From Atribacterota bacterium (GTDB lineage: Bacteria > Atribacterota > Phoenicimicrobiia > Phoenicimicrobiales > Stramentimicrobiaceae), in NCBI GenBank assembly GCA_040767965.1, contig JAXGNR010000009.1, positions 1-64,000 on the forward strand: a stretch of 64,000 bases of DNA, read 5' to 3'. The position numbers and the translations under genes are program-made. The notes under the pieces were generated by a model. It saw nothing but the letters and a program-made list of their open reading frames with translations. It did no database searches and had not been told where the DNA came from. Positions 30,415-43,764 of the stretch are shown piece by piece (within the stretch, counting starts at the first letter, position 1; each line of letters starts with the position of its first letter).

Positions 30415-31417
30415 ATGAAAGAAAATATTTTAAAAACATATTTATTTTGGCTACAATCTTATTTTTGATTGTTCCTAATCTAGTAATTTTTGCAGCTGAG
30501 AATGATTCAGAGTTTAAATTTACAAAAGATATTACTCTTCTTTTGCCATTTGCGCTTAGTTCTCAATCAGATCAATACGGTAGAGTGTTTGCAAGGATAG
30601 CTGAAAATATTTAGGACAACACATAATAGTTGATAACAGGCTTGGAGGTTCAGGAGTTGTTTCTTTGAGCTATATGCTAAACCAACCTGCTGATGGGTAT
30701 ACAATTTCCTATATTACAAGTACAATTCATCATATTATGGGTTCAGGACAGGTTGATAAAAGTTTATTTGATGAAAATGACCTCGAAATGTTAGCAAACC
30801 TTTCTGGAGACTTTGTAGTGTTTTCAACTTACGCAGATAGTCAATTTAAAACACTAGCTGAAGCTATCGAATTTGCAAAAGTTAATCCTGGGAAACTCAG
30901 ATGGGGTGGTGCACAATCCATGGGAACACATCACTATAATGCTTTAAGCGTTATGAATCATACTGGTACAGATATCAATTTTATTGTTTACGAAAATGCT
31001 TCAGAAACAGTGTTAGGGTTATTAGGAAAAGAGATTGAAATAGGTTCAACTACACAAGGTTCAGTTGTCCCATATCTTGAATCTGGTGAATTGAAAGTTT
31101 TGGCACAACTTACTTTAGAAAGAAAGGAACACCTCTCTGACGTTCCAACCATTTTTGAAGTAGGTATGGGGTTAGAAAATTTTGATAAATATTTAATTAG
31201 TTGTAAATATCTTGTAATAAACCCTGAAGTACCAGAAGAAGTAAAACAGGCATGGGATAGTATAATTTATAAGGTTGTTAACGATCCTGAATGGATTGAA
31301 TTTAATCAAAGGTTTAATCAACTAGTAGATGAATATATGAACAGAGAAGAAGCTACAAATTGTTTTAGAGAGGGAGTAAAAACATCTCGTGAGATATTTG
31401 GACCTTTAGTTAATTAA
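30415..31417 (+). CDS. tctC: Tripartite tricarboxylate transporter substrate-binding protein (frameshifted near 5' end)
   Basis: Upstream frames give a signal peptide, DITLLLPF, IVDNRLGGSG. The ORF has PADGYT and DVPTIFE. An A appears to be missing in gaaaatat. Confidence 0.8.
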
Positions 31418-31454
31418 TTATTAAAATACTTTATTTTAATTTAGAAGGAAGGGA

Positions 31455-31913
31455 ATGAAGAAATTGAGTTACAATAAATTATCAATTTTTTTTCTGATAT
31501 TATTTGCTATTTTTGCTGCAACACAGTTTTTTGTAGCACAAAAATTACCCTTACCTCCCGGGCTTTATGTAACAAGCCCGGGATTTTATCCATCAATGAT
31601 CAGTGTTTTAATTTTTATTTCATGTGTGGTAGGAATAATAACCACCTTAAGGAAAAAAGACAAGTCTGTTGAAATACCATCAAATTATAAAAATATACTT
31701 CTCGTATTTGTAATAATTTTTTTATGGATATTATTGTGGAAAAATATGGGATATTTTTATTTGGTAAGTATGCTATGCATGGGTTTATTGATTTACTTTC
31801 TAAACCCTTCTCCTAATAGCTTTATAAAGATACGCAATACTGTTTTTACAGATTTAATTATAATTTTGGTATTTTATATAGTGTTTCAGAATTTTTTAGG
31901 TGTTAATCTATAG
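31455..31913 (+). CDS. tctB: TctB small membrane subunit
   Basis: 4 TM segments, SPGFYP, terminal VFQNFLGVNL, located between tctC and tctA. Confidence 0.8.
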   Translation: MKKLSYNKLSIFFLILFAIFAATQFFVAQKLPLPPGLYVTSPGFYPSMISVLIFISCVVGIITTLRKKDKSVEIPSNYKNILLVFVIIFLWILLWKNMGYFYLVSMLCMGLLIYFLNPSPNSFIKIRNTVFTDLIIILVFYIVFQNFLGVNL

Positions 31914-31955
31914 ACTATAAAATAGCAAATATTAGTTGGAGGCTATGAAATATTT

Positions 31956-33442
31956 ATGGAATTATTTCAACATTTTATTGATGTATTTACTTTTAGTAAT
32001 TTATTATGGATATGTTTTGGTTGTATTGTTGGTATGATGGTTGGTGCAATTCCGAGGATTAGGAGCAACAGTAGGTTGTGCATTATTGATACCATTTTCA
32101 TATGGCATGGAAGCCCTACCTGCTGTTTTAATGTTAGTTTCTTTGTATATGACAGCAATGTATGGTGGTTCTATTGCCTCAATTCTTTAGGGTCCCTGGC
32201 ACTCCGGCAGCAGTAGTAACCTTATTTGATGGTAATCCTATTTCTAAATCAGGTAATCCCGGAATGGCTTTAGGTTATTCATTGTATTCGTCATTCGTAG
32301 GAGGATTAATAGGAGCAATTGTACTTATGTTTTTAACAAATCACTTATCTAGATTAGCAATTAATTTAGCAGATCCTGAGCTGTTCTCGTAGGTATATTA
32401 GGATTGATTAGTATAGCTGCCCTTGGTGCAAAAGATGTCCCAAAAACTTTGGTTGTGATATTGATTGGACTTTTTTTAGGAACAGTTGGAATGGATTTAT
32501 TTACTAGTAGACTTAGATTTACTTATGGCAATATTTATTTGGTTGACGGAATTGATCTAGTATCTTTATTAGCAGGGCTATTTGCATTAGCAGAAGTTTA
32601 TGAAATGTCTATTGGTGATGTTAGCAAAATATATGTAACAGATTCAAAAAAAGCTTCGTTGTTATATTCCTCTAAAGATTTTTAAAACATAAATATGCTG
32701 TTTTGAAAAGCTCTATTATAGGAGTTATGTTCGGTATTATTCCAGGCCTTGGTGCAGCACCTGCTACATGGTTTGCTTATACATAAATAAACGAGTATCA
32801 AAAATCCTGAACTGTATGGAAAAGGAAGTACTGAGGGTTTATCTGTAGCTGAATCTGCTAATAATGCATGTGTGGGAGGAGCAATGATACCAATGTTATC
32901 TTTAGGAATTCACCCAGTTCTCCCGCTGTTGCTGTAATTACTAGTTCTTTAATTATGCATGGTTTACAGCCTGGCCCTAATTTGCTTCGAAACACCTAAT
33001 TTAGTTTATGGAATTTATTGGGAAATTATTTTTGGCTTCTATTATAATGTTTATTTTAGGGCGTTATGGTGCTACTTTATGGGCACATATGTTATTATTC
33101 CTACTTTTATTCTAATCCCCATAATAACAATGGCTTTATTGGTTGGCGCTTATGTTTCTAGATATTACTTTATTGATCTTTGGATAGCATTTTTGTTGGA
33201 ACATTAGTATTTATTCTAAGAAAGCTAGATTTTAGTATATATCTGCATTCACACTAGCTTTTGTGTTGTCTAGAATTATTGAAACACGTTTTAGACGTTC
33301 TTTAATGCTGTCATCTGGTAATTTTAATATATTTTTTAACCGTCCATACTGTATAGTAATTTTGGGTATTATAATATTTATGGTGTATTTAAGTATAATG
33401 CAATCTATTAAAAAAAGTAAAAAACCTAAAAATATTTATTAG
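31956..33442 (+). CDS. tctA: TctA large membrane subunit (multiple frameshifts)
   Basis: Fragments GMMVGAIP, PGTPAAVVTLFDG, RFTYG, ESANNA, GAMIPMLSLG across frames. Confidence 0.8.
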
Positions 33443-33622
33443 AATTCTATAAATATTTTAAAGTAAAAAAACTAATAGTGTATTTTGAGATTAATAAAAA
33501 ATAATAGCTATTAAATCCTTATCTAAAATTATAATAGGATTTTAAGTTACTATAAATTTATTTTTTATGAACTTATTGTTAATTAATTGTAATATTAATA
33601 TATAAAAAGGAGATATGAAACT

Positions 33623-34577
33623 ATGGTTTCAAAACCGAAAGTGCTGGTTACAGACCATATAATAAGAAATGAAGCAATTTCGATGTTAGAACAAGTTGCT
33701 GAAGTAAAGATTATTAATGGTCTTTCTTCAGGATTAACTTTGATCGAGGCTGTTAAAGATGTTGATGCAATTTTAGCAGGAGAGGAAAATAACAAAAGTG
33801 ATACAATCTGCCCCAAACTTCCAAAATAATTGCTCGTCATGGAGTTGGGGTTGACTCGGTAGATATTGAAGAAGCAACTAAAGAATTATCTTTGTTACTA
33901 TTACCCCAACAGCAAATGCAGAAACTGTTAGCGAATATACAATAGCGCTTATACTTGCATTTTCTCGAAATATAGTTCAAGGATTTCAACATTTAATTGA
34001 AGGAAAATGGGACCGAGGGGAATCTTGCTTAATCATGAAATATACAAAAAAGAAATTAGGCATAATTGGTTTAGGCAATATAGGTTTAAGAGTTGCAAAA
34101 AGGCTATTGGACTTGGAATGGAAATACTTGGATGTGATCCATATTTATCAAAAGAAAATATAAAAAATTTTAATATAAAAATGCTTGATTTAACAACCCT
34201 ACTTTCTGAAGCTGATATAGTGAGCCTGCATATTAGATTAACAAAAGAAACAAAAAAATTGATTAGTAAAAAATGAACTCAATTTAATGAAAAAAAATGC
34301 AATCTTGATAAATACCTCGCGTGGAGGTGTTATTGATGAAAAGCACTAATATATTCTTTAGAAAATAACAAGATTGCAGGGCTTGCCTAGATACATTTGA
34401 AGAACTTAACATTGCCCTAATGATAGTCAGCTCAGAAAACTTAAAAATGTTTTACTTACTCCTCATATTGCAGGTTCAACTGAAGAAGCCTTTATTAGAG
34501 TTGCAAGCGAGGCTGCTGAAAATATAATAAAAGTTTTAAATGGTGAGTTACCCAATAATGTTTATAATAAAATCTAA
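33623..34577 (+). CDS. D-isomer-specific 2-hydroxyacid dehydrogenase (SerA-like), frameshifted
   Basis: Fragments RHGVGVDSVD, P.ANAETVSE, GIIGLGNIG, ADIVSLH, INTSRGGVIDE, LTPHIAGST. Confidence 0.82.
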
Positions 34578-34725
34578 GGCAATGGTTCAATGTATCTACT
34601 ATTATCAAGATTAGATATCAAGATTAGAAATTAGGATTAGGAATTTTTGACTCAATTTTTAATTTTATAAACTCAGATTTTATAGGTTAAATATTAGTAC
34701 AAAAAAATTAAAGAAGGTAATAAAA

Positions 34726-35496
34726 ATGATCAAGAAAAATAAAACAAAAAAAATAATTTATTCAGGAAAACCTGCATATGGATATTGGATGCGTTCAGCT
34801 TCTTATGAAATTGCAGAAATAGCAGGATTGCTTAAATCAGACTATGTGATCATTGATAATGAGCATGGAATTCATGACGAAAGAACATTAGAAAATTTAA
34901 TAAGAATAGCTGACCTTTCTGAAATTACTCCGATTGTAAGGGTGAATGAAAATCGCCCCATAGCAATACTAAAAGCCTTAGAGTCGGGTGCAGGTGGAGT
35001 GATTATTCCTCATATAGATACTCCAGAAGATGCTAAGAGAGCAATTGAGGCAGCAAAATTTGCCCCTGAAGGCAAACGAGGTTCAGGAGCCGGAAGAAGT
35101 AGAGGGTATGGAGTTATTAATATTCCGAATTATTATAATTTTGCAAATAATGAAACGATGGTTATTTTATTAATTGAAAGCGCCTTGGCAATAGAGAATA
35201 TAAAAGAAATTTCTTCAATTAAAGGAGTTGATATTTTGCATATTGGACCTTCAGATTTAGCACAATCAATGGGCTTTATTGGAGAACCTAAACATCCTTT
35301 AGTTGAAAAAGCAATCGAAAAAGTTCTTATTGCCGGCAAAGAATCAAATATTGCAGTAGGAGCTAGTGCTACAGATCCAAAATCAGCAAAAGAAAGGTTA
35401 CAGCAAGGATTTTTATTTATCCCTATTGGCCAAAATGATTTAAAGATATTTGGAACAGCTTTTAATAAAATGCTTGAAGAGCTAAGACAATTTTGA
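34726..35496 (+). CDS. HpcH/HpaI (GarL-like) class II aldolase
   Basis: IDNEHG, PIVRV, P.GKRG, LIES, IGPSDL. Confidence 0.9.
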   Translation: MIKKNKTKKIIYSGKPAYGYWMRSASYEIAEIAGLLKSDYVIIDNEHGIHDERTLENLIRIADLSEITPIVRVNENRPIAILKALESGAGGVIIPHIDTPEDAKRAIEAAKFAPEGKRGSGAGRSRGYGVINIPNYYNFANNETMVILLIESALAIENIKEISSIKGVDILHIGPSDLAQSMGFIGEPKHPLVEKAIEKVLIAGKESNIAVGASATDPKSAKERLQQGFLFIPIGQNDLKIFGTAFNKMLEELRQF

Positions 35497-36009
35497 AAAT
35501 AAGAAATTAAAAGTATATACATTTAAATCAAGGCAATGCATTACCAAACTTGCACTAAATTTGTTTTTTGACAATAGGATTTTGTTAATTCGATAACTTT
35601 TAACATAGTAATTCAGTAAAATGGGGGAGTTTTAGGTAAATAAAGACGTATATGAAGATTAAATTAGATTTATCAATTCTTTACTAAACATAGGAATACG
35701 GTTCCAGAAACATATAAAGATAAAAAATACATCCCCCGAGCTCTAAAAACAGGAAAATAAAGCAAAAACGAACAAGAGGCCCTACAAATACTCAAAATAC
35801 TTTTCAATAATAATGATTTTGTAAAATGTAAAAATATATAATATACAAATTCTTGTGAAGTAAGTGTTTCATCTATTCAAAAGTAATTGAATATAGGAAT
35901 AGGAGGTGAAGAAGATCTTTAATTGAAGCTACGATAAAAGGTATATAAAATGTAAAAGAAAATAGGAAATGAGAATTATTTATATTAAAATAAAGGAGAT
36001 TATAGAGGA

Positions 36010-37088
36010 ATGAAAATGAATATTAATTTAAAATTTTTTAAATATGGAACAATTATTTTTTTAATAACTATCCTATATTGCATAATGCCAGTTTTATCAG
36101 CAGATGAGCCCCCGATCACTATGGTAATTGGTCATCATTTTCAATCGGACATACAAGTAAGTGAGGTACAATTGGCAATGTTGCATTTTAAAAATCTTGT
36201 TGAAGATAAAACTAATGGAGGTATGTTAGTAGAAGTTCATCCTCATGCGTCCTTAGGAAATGAAGTGGAAATGCTAAGAGAGGTTAAAGACGGAATTACA
36301 ATACGTTCAACTACGCCCTTCTTCAGGTGCTTTTTCTTCATTCTTTCCCAGTTATCAAGCTGTGGTTTACCCATATCTTTTCCCTGATTATCTAACTGCA
36401 TGGGCATATTTTGATAGTGATTTCAATAAAAATTTTATGGAGCAAGTGCGATCCGAAACAGGATTTAGGTATTTAGGTACTCTTGACGACGGTGGTGGAT
36501 TTACATCATTTACCAATTCTGTAAGACTTATAAAGGAACCAAAAGATTTAGTGGGAATACGAGTAAGAACCGAAGAAAACCCGGCTCATGTAGCATTGAT
36601 GGAAGCTCTTGGTGCTACTGCAATTCCATTAGAATGGGGACAGGTTATAACTGCTTTAGCAACAGGAGTTGCCGATGCACAATTTAATGCACCTATAAAT
36701 GGTACAAAATATAAATTATATGAAATTTTGCCATATGCCTCATATACTGGACATATCTATAACACATTAAATTGGGTTGTTAACGATAAGTGGTTTAGTG
36801 ATTTACCAGAAAATTATCAAGAAATAATACTACGATCAGCCCGAGAAGCAATAACTATTGCTCGTGGTTATTACTTCATTTTTATCTTTTAATGCTATGG
36901 GAACAATCAAGCATACTTTTGAAGAAACTTATAGATTGAACGAGCAAGAAAAAAATGAATTTGAAAAATATTACAACCCAGCTTTTCGAGAATGGTTTGT
37001 TGAAGATTTTGAGGGTGACCCAGATTTATTAGATTCAATAATAGCAGAAGTTGATAGAATTGATAAGAGCTTGGGCGGAAGAGATTAA
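36010..37088 (+). CDS. dctP: TRAP transporter substrate-binding protein (two frameshifts)
   Basis: Three consecutive ORF fragments with a signal peptide, LGNEVEML, PYLF, DLVGIRVRT, ALATGVADA. Confidence 0.85.
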
Positions 37089-37098
37089 TACAATACAA

Positions 37099-37146
37099 AA
37101 TTTTCACAGGGATTAATGTTTAAATAGGTTAATCCCTGTGAAAATT
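37099..37146 (+). terminator. Long hairpin after dctP (terminator or mRNA stabiliser)
   Basis: 18-bp perfect stem aattttcacagggattaa / ttaatccctgtgaaaatt. Confidence 0.7.
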
Positions 37147-38078
37147 AAATTAATTTCCTGAACAGTGTGAACTTGCAAATTATAAAATAACATTTTTATG
37201 AATAAATTCGCTATCTTATCGATATAATAGAAAAAGCAAAGATACAGGTTTAACAAATTATTGATAGACTTAGTAACGAAGTATACGATTCTTAAGCTCT
37301 TAAGTCTTTAGGGTTATTTGTTTAAAACCTTGAGAAAAATATTACTAGATGAACTATGAGATGAAAAAATCAATCTAACCAACAAAGAAGAAAGATTAAA
37401 AAAGTAGATTAAAAAATTGAAGAAGAAAATAAATGATTCGACTAATAATTTAAAAAAGATAGATTGGTATTCGGTATAATGAGAGAAAATCTTTAAAGCA
37501 AAGAATCAACTATAATTTTATTTTATAATCAAAGTAGCAATTGGAAGATTCTTTTAGAAGAGGCATAGAAACATTTTTAGAAGGTAGGAAAGTCAGCTTG
37601 GCAAGTATTTTATTATGTTTTCAGGCCATTGCTGTTAGCTAACATATTTATCCTTTAGCATTTTATGATTTAGAGATTTAGCAGATTTTTATCAGATGGT
37701 TTAATTCTAAAAGTAACAATGGTACCGAATTGGTATTGGTACCCTTAATAAAGATTTTGACAGGTTGTATGACTGAATTAATTATTTTAATTTTTCAAGG
37801 TTTTTTTAAAAAGTGACTTGATCGTTATAAACAATAACTCTCGTTATAGATTTTAGCTCATCGAAATAATTGCGAATATTATCAACAATATATTAAAAAT
37901 AAAAAGAGCAAGAAGTTAATTGAAATAAATCCTATTAATGGAAAGTATTAATTCATTTGATCTAATTGAATGAAGTGCAGTGCGATAAAATCTATATTAG
38001 AAATAGGAATTTGGGATATAACATTATATTAATATTTTCTATTGTTTTCTATTTTTTTGAAAAAGTAAGAGGTATAAT

Positions 38079-38606
38079 ATGAGCAAAGTTACCAAAATTA
38101 GAGCATATAAGCAATCTAGTTAATAATTTTGTTACTAATATTTGTGCAACATTAATGTTAGTATTATTCGGGATAATACTATATGGAGTTTTTTATCGAT
38201 ATTTTTTAAATTACCCTCTGTCTTGGGTCATACCAATCGCAAGAATGCTGGTGGTTTGGATTGGTATTAGCTATTTCGATAGCATTTAAAGAAGGGAACA
38301 CATTGCTATCAATTATGTTGTTAATGTTTTTCCAGTACCAATACAAAAAATAATACACAGTTTGGGATATATTCTCATTATTACATATCTTGTTTTGCTT
38401 ATCTGGAAAGGTTTTCCAATTGCTTTCCAATCTGCTGAAACTGTCATGATATCGAGAAAATAAGAATCCCACTAATTTGGTCTATGATCGCTATACCAAT
38501 TGGTGCACTGGTTAATTTTATACACCTGTTGCCTCTACCTTTATTAATTGAGGAACGTATTGAGCAGTCTAGGAATGAGCAGAAAAATATCGCTTTAGAT
38601 TTATAA
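38079..38606 (+). CDS. dctQ: TRAP small permease (frameshifted)
   Basis: Plus-strand fragments GVFYRYFLNYPLSW and WSMIAIPIGAL, located just before dctM. Confidence 0.7.
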
Positions 38607-38640
38607 GTAACAAATAAAAATAAGGAGCGAAAAGAAGAAG

Positions 38641-39933
38641 ATGTTTTTTATAGCATTATTATTAATAGTATTCGCATTGCTTATGGCTTTAGCAGTTCCT
38701 ATTGGTTACGTGATAGGAATTACAGCCTCCTTTGGTTTATTATATATAGGTGGAACGGATTTTTTAAGAATATTAGTTACTCGATATAACAGTGGGCTCA
38801 CTGGCTTTGTATTAGTAGCAGTACCTATGTTTACTTTAGCAGCTCAATTCATGAATCGCTCTGGTGTTACAGTATTGCTAATTAATTTTGCTAAAGTGTT
38901 TTTGGACGTCTTCGCGGGGGATTGGCTGTTGTCATTACTGCTGTTTGTGTTGTTTTTGGAATATTAACTGGTTCAGCGATGTAACTGAGACGATTGCAGT
39001 TGGAAGTATTTTGATTCCTAACATGAAAAAAGAAGGATATCCGGGGAGCATTCGCTGCTGCAGTAACAGGAACAGCTTCTGTTTTAGGCCCAATCATTCC
39101 TCCAAGTACAGTAATGATAGTTTAGCTACGATGATACCCGAGACATCAGTAATATCCTTATTTGCCGCAGGCTTTTTACCTGGATTTTTGATAGCGGGTC
39201 TTATAATGCTTATTGTTATTTTCATTAGTTATCGCAAAGGTTATCCCAGAGGAGAAAGAGTAGCTGTAAAAGAAATTTTTAAAAGTGCGCTAAAAGCTAT
39301 TATCCCTCTTATGACAGGGATAATCATGTTACTTCCTATATTTTATTAGGAATAACTGATGTTACTGAAGCTTCTGCCGCAGGTGCTTTTTATGCTTTGT
39401 TATTGGTTTATTTTATTATAAAACATTAAAAATAAAAGATATTTTTGAATCAGCAAAAAACGCATCTAAGTTCTTGGGTGTTATTTATTTATTACTAGCT
39501 ACAGCTAGTGTATTGGGTTGGATTATTGCAAAGTGGTCTTAGTACTATGGTATCAGACACAATAACCGGGTATAGTGGGAATCCAATTATGATACTTATT
39601 GCACTAAATATTTTTTTATTAATAGTGGGAATGTTTGTGGACACACTCCCAGCAGTAATTATACTAGCTCCAATTCTTATACCACCCCTGATAAGGATAG
39701 GATTTCATCCATTGCATGTGAGTATGTTATTATTAATTAATTTAAATATTGGGAATGCTACACCTCCGGTAGGGATGACCCTTATGACTGCATCAAAAAT
39801 TGCAGGGGTTTCTTATGAAAGCACAATAAAGCAAGGTTTTCCATTTATACTTTGCTTGATAATAGCACTTTTAATATTGACTTATTTCCCAGTGATTATT
39901 CTATTTGTACCAACTTTACTTGGTTTAATATAA
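38641..39933 (+). CDS. dctM: TRAP large permease (frameshifted)
   Basis: LVAVPMFTLAA, GPIIPPS, SLFAAGFLPG, GNATPPVG. Confidence 0.85.
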
Positions 39934-40341
39934 TTTTTTTAATCAAGCGAGAACTCCCACCTATAAGGGCAGAGGTGAGAGCATGTATCTTTACCTTTCA
40001 TCCGTACTTTAATTAACAATAAGTAAAAACTTAAAAAAATTATTCTGAATTTGTTTTTTAATAATTGTTTTGTTGTATTCCATTAACAAAAAGTATTAAT
40101 TAGTGCTTATTAGTCGAAAGTTCAAAAGATCCAAAAGATGATGGGAAATAATAGTCTTGCATATAATAGAGAGGAGGTTCATTACCTAAAAGAAATTACT
40201 GCGGTAAATGTTGTATTGTAATTGGATAATTGTGGTGAATAAAGATTAAGTAATATAAGTAATAGATGAATAATAGTGAAAAGACATTGTGGCCTCATTA
40301 GATACAAAATACGCGCATGTTTTCTGAAGGAGAAAACAATA

Positions 40342-41527
40342 ATGATAGAAAAAACTATTTCCTTATCAGTCCATCGTCTCCTGCTCTACTCTTGGACATG
40401 AATAAGATAGAGCGAAACATAAAAATGTCTCGGCTAGCAGCCGATGCGAATGTTAGATTAAGGCCACATGTTAAGATTCATGAAAGTGCAGAAATTGCCA
40501 AATGCAAATTGATGCAGGAGCGTGTGGTGTAGAAGTAGGTCCTGTGGCTCAAGCGAGTGTATGGTAAATAATGGGATTAAGGATATAAAAATTGCTCACC
40601 ACAGTTATTATGGCGGACACAAGGGTGAATCACTCAAAAGAATTCTTTTGAATGGCGATGTAAAAGTCACTGTTGTAATAGATATGATTGAACAAGCTGA
40701 ACAAATATCTTGTATTGGTAAAATGCTTGGTCGAGAAGTTTTCTGTAAATATAAAGATTGATACAAGTATAGTAGCAGGTGGCATTTCACGTCATGGTAT
40801 CAGAACTTGATGAAGAAGCCTTAATCACCGCAGCTAGGAAGGCTTCTAGATTCCATATTAAAGTAACAGGAATTTACGCCCATGAAATGGGTGCTGAAGC
40901 AACAGATAAGTCTTTTAGATTTCATGCTTATAAAACTCTCGAGATAATGTCAAACTTGGCTATAAAATTTAAAAATGCCGGTATTGAATTAAATGATGTT
41001 TCTGTTGGTGCTTCCCTGAATATCGCTATACATGCAAATATCTAAGGAAAGGTAAATTCGGGAGGTAAATGAACTTCATCCAGGGGAATTTTGTGATTGG
41101 CAGTCTTGTATACTGACATCTTGGTGGTAATAAAATAGAAAATTGCGCTCTCGAAGTATGTTGGTTACAGTAATGAGTACCGCTCATCCAGACTGGGTAA
41201 TGATTGATGCAGGTTATAAAGGCTTTTTCTCCTGATTATATTTTGGGAGCTGAATGAGCGAGCTATTTCTGGGAATACAAAGGTACACCTTTACGCTTTG
41301 GTCTTAGGTAAAGAACGCACAGATTTACGGGCAGCAACATTGTGAGTGCTGAGGTACATATTTATTATATGGATCACTAAACCAAAACTAAATATTGGTG
41401 ACCGCTTGGAAATTATTCCAAACAACAGCACTTGTGCTATAAATATGCATGATCCTCTATATATGGAAGTAAGAAATGGCTTTATAGAGAGAGTAATTCC
41501 TATTACCTGTGGGGTAAAGGTAACTAG
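40342..41527 (+). CDS. Alanine-racemase-fold PLP enzyme (DSD1/D-threonine aldolase family), heavily frameshifted
   Basis: PALLLDM..IERNI, LRPHVKIH, VMIDAG, IGDRLEIIPN..C..NMHD. Confidence 0.72.
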
Positions 41528-41694
41528 TGTTACGTTCCTAAAAAATCTTTACATTTGAAATATTTTATCTGATACTTTGAGCAAGGATTGATTTAAGAGG
41601 AATATTATTATTGGGTTTTGATTAAATGATTCAATGTTTAATATTATATTTATATTATTAATAGTAAAACTTTAATATATAAAAGGAGTTTTTA

Positions 41695-42802
41695 ATGGAT
41701 AGATATATAATTGGTTCTCGAGTTGAAGATATCGAAACACCTGCTCTATTACTTGAGCTTGATAAACTTGAATACAAGCATAATAAAATGGCAGACTTAA
41801 TAAGAAAAAACAATAAATATATTAGACCACATTTTAAAACACATAAGAATCCTTTTAGCGCACAAACAACTTTCAGCGGGGCTATTGGAATTACCTGCCA
41901 GAAATTATCAGAAACAGAGGTGCTGGCAAAATCTGGAATAAAAGATATCCTTATTACAAATGAAGTGGTGGGGAAGCAAAAATAAGAAGATTAGTAAATT
42001 TAGCTGCTTATACTGATATCAAAGTTGCGATTGATAATGAGCAAAATGCAGAAGATATTTCTGAGATAGCTTTAGACAAAGGTGTTGTAGTAAATTATTT
42101 GGTTGAAGTTAATATAGGAATGAATCGTTGTGGGATAAGAATAGGGGAGCCAGTTGTAAATTTTATAAAAAAAATAAATAAATTACAAGGTTTAAAATTT
42201 TTAGGGATCTTCGCTTATGAAGGCCACGCTGTATTTATAGAGTCATTGGAAGAAAGGTATAAAGAAACCAATATAGCCCTTGAAAAAGTTAGTCATACCA
42301 AAGAATTACTTGAAAAGGAATCCATATTTTTTGTCAAATAATTAGTTGTGCAGGAACAGGTACTTATATGATTGCAGGGCAACACCCAGATGTTACAGAA
42401 ATTGAGGCAGGCAGTTATCTAACAATGGATAGCAAATATGAAAATATAGAGGGGGTTGGGGAAACCTTTAAAACAGCTTTAAGTGTACTTACTACTATTA
42501 TAAGCATTCCAAGTAATGATAGGATAATTATTGATGCTGGTTTAAAATCTATAAGTAAAGATTTTGGTATGCCGTTCTCAAAGAACAATAGAGAGATCTA
42601 AAATTGTATAAGCTTTCAGAAGAACATGGAATATTTAAGGTAAATAAAAGATAATAATAAAAATTTTTCTTTAGGGCAAAAAATAGAATTAATTCCTAGT
42701 CATGGTTGTACAACGATAAACTTACATGATCTTTATTATGGAATTAGATCCGGCATTGTGGAATGCATTTTGCCAATAGAAGGAAGAGGAAAAAGCTATT
42801 AG
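41695..42802 (+). CDS. DSD1-family PLP enzyme (D-threonine / 3-hydroxy-D-aspartate aldolase-like), frameshifted
   Basis: ETPALLL, RPHFKTHK, GITCQKLSE, RCG, YEGH, EIEAGSY, DAGLKS, LSEEHG, IPSHGCTTINLHD. Confidence 0.85.
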
Positions 42803-43176
42803 GTAATAATTTTAAAAGCAAGAAAGTTATAGGGTTATAACAGGATCTATTGTTGACAATTTAACAAAGGAACTAGGGAGTAAGACTTATAACTACCAGA
42901 TTCTCCCTAGTCCATATTTATTCTCCCAAATTCAGCTATTCACCAATCCTCTGGAGGCATTTTAACGGTTTCTTCCCGAGCAAGGTATCTTTATTTATTG
43001 AATGACACAAGAGACCGTTGTTCATGCTAAGCAATTTTTTGTCTTTATGGGCCTTAGAAATAACCGTTATGTAGTTTAAGAAATTTTATGCTATAATAAT
43101 AAAAAATATCAATTAAAACATTTCTTAATAATATTCCGTTATTCAGAACCTATAATTTTAAAGGGAGGCAATATAA

Positions 43177-43764
43177 ATGATTGCTTATAAAACAGAAAAA
43201 CTTAACAATGCCATTTGTTATTTTGCCAATGAAGTTTATAAGCGAAGGAAGGAATATTTGCCCCAAACATTATTATATAAATTGCTTTCTTATTTGGATT
43301 TCACCAGTATTGAAAAATTAGGAGTCCCAGCTTTAGAGCTAAAATATCGTGCTCTTAAGAATGGCCCAGTACCTGAAGAGATATATCAAAACAAAGATGC
43401 ATACGAAACTGATTGCTTTAAATTTGAGAAGAGAAGCAATAGAAGATTTATTATTATCTCAAAGAGGGAAGCTGATTTAGATTATTTTTCAGATTTTGAA
43501 ATCGAGATAATGAATGATTTATTAAACAGATATATCGGCAAAGAAAATACTATGAAAGAAATCATTGATAATATCTGTAATGATAGTCACAAAGATATCA
43601 AAGCCTGGAAAGTAGCATATGACCGGGGAAAAAATAGTGAAATGAATTATAGTGATACATTTGAAGCAATTGACCAAAAAGATCTTGAAAATTTATCTAT
43701 ATCTATAAATGAAGAAAGGTTTTTAGTTTATCGCGGCTTAAAAGAAAAAACTAAATGCAATTAG
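43177..43764 (+). CDS. Panacea/SocA-like (DUF4065) antitoxin domain protein
   Basis: LYKLLSYLDF, Y.ALKNGPVP, SH....AW motifs typical of DUF4065/GepA. Confidence 0.78.
   Translation: MIAYKTEKLNNAICYFANEVYKRRKEYLPQTLLYKLLSYLDFTSIEKLGVPALELKYRALKNGPVPEEIYQNKDAYETDCFKFEKRSNRRFIIISKREADLDYFSDFEIEIMNDLLNRYIGKENTMKEIIDNICNDSHKDIKAWKVAYDRGKNSEMNYSDTFEAIDQKDLENLSISINEERFLVYRGLKEKTKCN

Noticed and set aside
34604-34646. Short tandem repeats (atcaagattaga x2, attagg x2), and ataccataaaa x2 at about 29513
   Set aside because: Only two copies in very AT-rich DNA with no spacers. Not a CRISPR array, and function is not supportable.
39943-39985. aagcgagaactcccacctataagggcagaggtgagagc, reminiscent of an IS200/IS605 end hairpin
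   Set aside because: Too degenerate, with no tnpA/tnpB or clear partner end nearby. It cannot be supported without a search.
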